Origin: an uncultured Dehalococcoidia bacterium
Lineage (GTDB): Bacteria; Chloroflexota; Dehalococcoidia; Lucifugimonadales; CAZENU01
Length of the DNA: 64,000 nt
Assembly: GCA_964513735.1 (NCBI GenBank)
Contig: CAZENU010000003.1
Span: forward strand, 50,736-114,735
Reading direction: 5' to 3'
Part shown: piece after piece, positions 62,853 through 64,000 of the stretch
How the letters are laid out: each line of letters opens with the position of its first letter
Numbering within the stretch: position 1 is the stretch's first letter
The notes under the pieces: model-generated
The model's database searches: none
What the model saw: only the letters and a program-made list of their open reading frames with translations
What the model was told of the DNA's origin: nothing
Program-made: the position numbers and the translations under genes

Positions 62853-63974
62853 TTGCCCGGCAGCGCCAAGTTCTGGATAGGAATAGCCGTCAGCGCCGTC
62901 TTCCTGGCGCTATTCATCTTCACCGTAGACCTCGACAGGTTCCTTGACGCACTGTCCAATGCGGACTACAGGTTGGTCGTCCCCGCAGCGGGCATCTACC
63001 TCGTCTCGGTGCTGTTCAGGACGCTACGCTGGCAGCTTCTGCTGCGTCACCTGAAGCACGTCGGACTGGTCCGGCTCTACCCGGTCGTCGTCGTCGGGTA
63101 CATGGCCAACAACCTGCTGCCCATGCGCATCGGCGAGGTGGTCCGCAGCTACTACATCAGCAAGCGGGAGGGTATCAGCAAGACTGCCTCGCTGGTGACG
63201 ATCTTCATCGAGCGGCTGCTGGACGCTCTGACGTTGCTGGTGTTCATCTCAGTGATCGCGCTCTTCGTACCCGTCATCGGAGTGGCCGAGGGCTTCGGAG
63301 AGCAATCGAGCGTTCCCTGGCCGCTCCTCATCGCCGGCATCACTCTGCCGTTCGTGCTCGGGTTCGCCGGCCTCGTGCTAATCGCGTTCGCGCCCGCCAG
63401 GGTGAGGCGGCTCGCGAAAACGCTATTGCGTCCCCTGCCTCAGCGGATGGAGGAGCGCGCCGACCGCGTGGTGGACATGTTTCTGGGCGGCCTCATCTCA
63501 CTGAGCAGCCCAAGGCGCGTGCTCGGGCTGTTCCTTCTGTCGGTACCCATATGGCTGTTCGAGGCGCTGCTCTTCTTGATCATTGCGTTCTCCTTCGATC
63601 TGGACCTCGCCTTCGACAGCACGGCCGAGATGGCGGCCGCCGTGATTCTGGTGACCGCCATCGCCAACATCGGCGCCTCCGTGCCCGCGGCGCCCGGCGG
63701 CATCGGCCTGTTCGAGCTCATCGCCCGCGAGACGCTCGTGCTGCTTCCGCTGGCCTCCGTGGACAGGGCCGACGCCGGGGCCTACGTGACTGTGGTCCAC
63801 GCGACGCTTTTGTTGCCGATGATCGTTCTGGGCCAGGTCTTCCTGTGGACCCAGAGCATCTCCCTTCGCAGTCTGTCCAGGGCCGGCCGCTTGGCCCCGT
63901 CGGACGGCACCGGCGGTGGAAACGTCGCACCTCTCGGCGTCGAGCCCACGGCGCGGCTCGAGGACGGGCCGTGA
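62853..63974 (+). CDS. UPF0104 / lysyl-phosphatidylglycerol-synthase-TM-region-like (flippase-like) membrane protein
   Basis: 373 aa, with VVGYMANNLLPMRIGEVVRSYY and FIERLLDAL, typical of the family. Confidence 0.8.
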   Translation: MPGSAKFWIGIAVSAVFLALFIFTVDLDRFLDALSNADYRLVVPAAGIYLVSVLFRTLRWQLLLRHLKHVGLVRLYPVVVVGYMANNLLPMRIGEVVRSYYISKREGISKTASLVTIFIERLLDALTLLVFISVIALFVPVIGVAEGFGEQSSVPWPLLIAGITLPFVLGFAGLVLIAFAPARVRRLAKTLLRPLPQRMEERADRVVDMFLGGLISLSSPRRVLGLFLLSVPIWLFEALLFLIIAFSFDLDLAFDSTAEMAAAVILVTAIANIGASVPAAPGGIGLFELIARETLVLLPLASVDRADAGAYVTVVHATLLLPMIVLGQVFLWTQSISLRSLSRAGRLAPSDGTGGGNVAPLGVEPTARLEDGP

Positions 63975-64000
63975 GGGTATGCATAGTCGGAGGAGGCGCC
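63971..64000 (+). CDS. start of a further gene (Rossmann-like N-terminus), truncated by the window edge
   Basis: A GTGA overlap with the preceding stop. It translates to VRVCIVGGGA... Confidence 0.3.
   Translation, partial: MRVCIVGGGA

Overview
GC-rich (about 65% by eye), gene-dense bacterial chromosomal segment, mostly core housekeeping genes. The first 30 kb is almost entirely on the minus strand. Recognisable genes: tmk (partial), pdxS/pdxT, gap, eno, hrcA, groES/groEL, sucC/sucD, one tRNA-Ser(UGA), ffh, gyrA, recA/recX, tilS, thiL, hspR-grpE-dnaK, ftsY, mug, thpR, three enolase-superfamily paralogs, an aldo/keto reductase, M16 and M28 peptidases, and a nicotinate phosphoribosyltransferase. 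At the right end sits a cluster of very large polytopic membrane proteins. One carries the YYYFGY signature I recognise as the chlor_Arch_YYY family, which suggests a Chloroflexota-like host; that is inference, not proof. I found no rRNA, transposase, integrase, prophage, CRISPR array or cas gene. I cannot point to a clear new multi-gene defence or mobile system. The signals worth a second look are these. (1) About twelve accessory genes are broken by frameshifts, in-frame stops or truncation, while every long core gene is intact. (2) The window carries both HrcA/CIRCE and HspR/HAIR heat-shock control, with atypical operon layouts and a compensated CIRCE variant. (3) A peptidase-C26/GATase-like protein has lost both catalytic Cys and His and sits next to a creatininase-family gene. 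(4) sucC appears to start at CTG. (5) Two lower-GC islets hold decayed genes, one of them a guanine-deaminase-like gene broken in a G run. (6) There is an uncharacterised cluster of apparent GT-C-like membrane proteins. (7) Two oversized intergenic regions have strong local structure, and one contains a solitary CRISPR-repeat-like 32-mer. All family calls rest on motif recognition from the translations; no database search was run.
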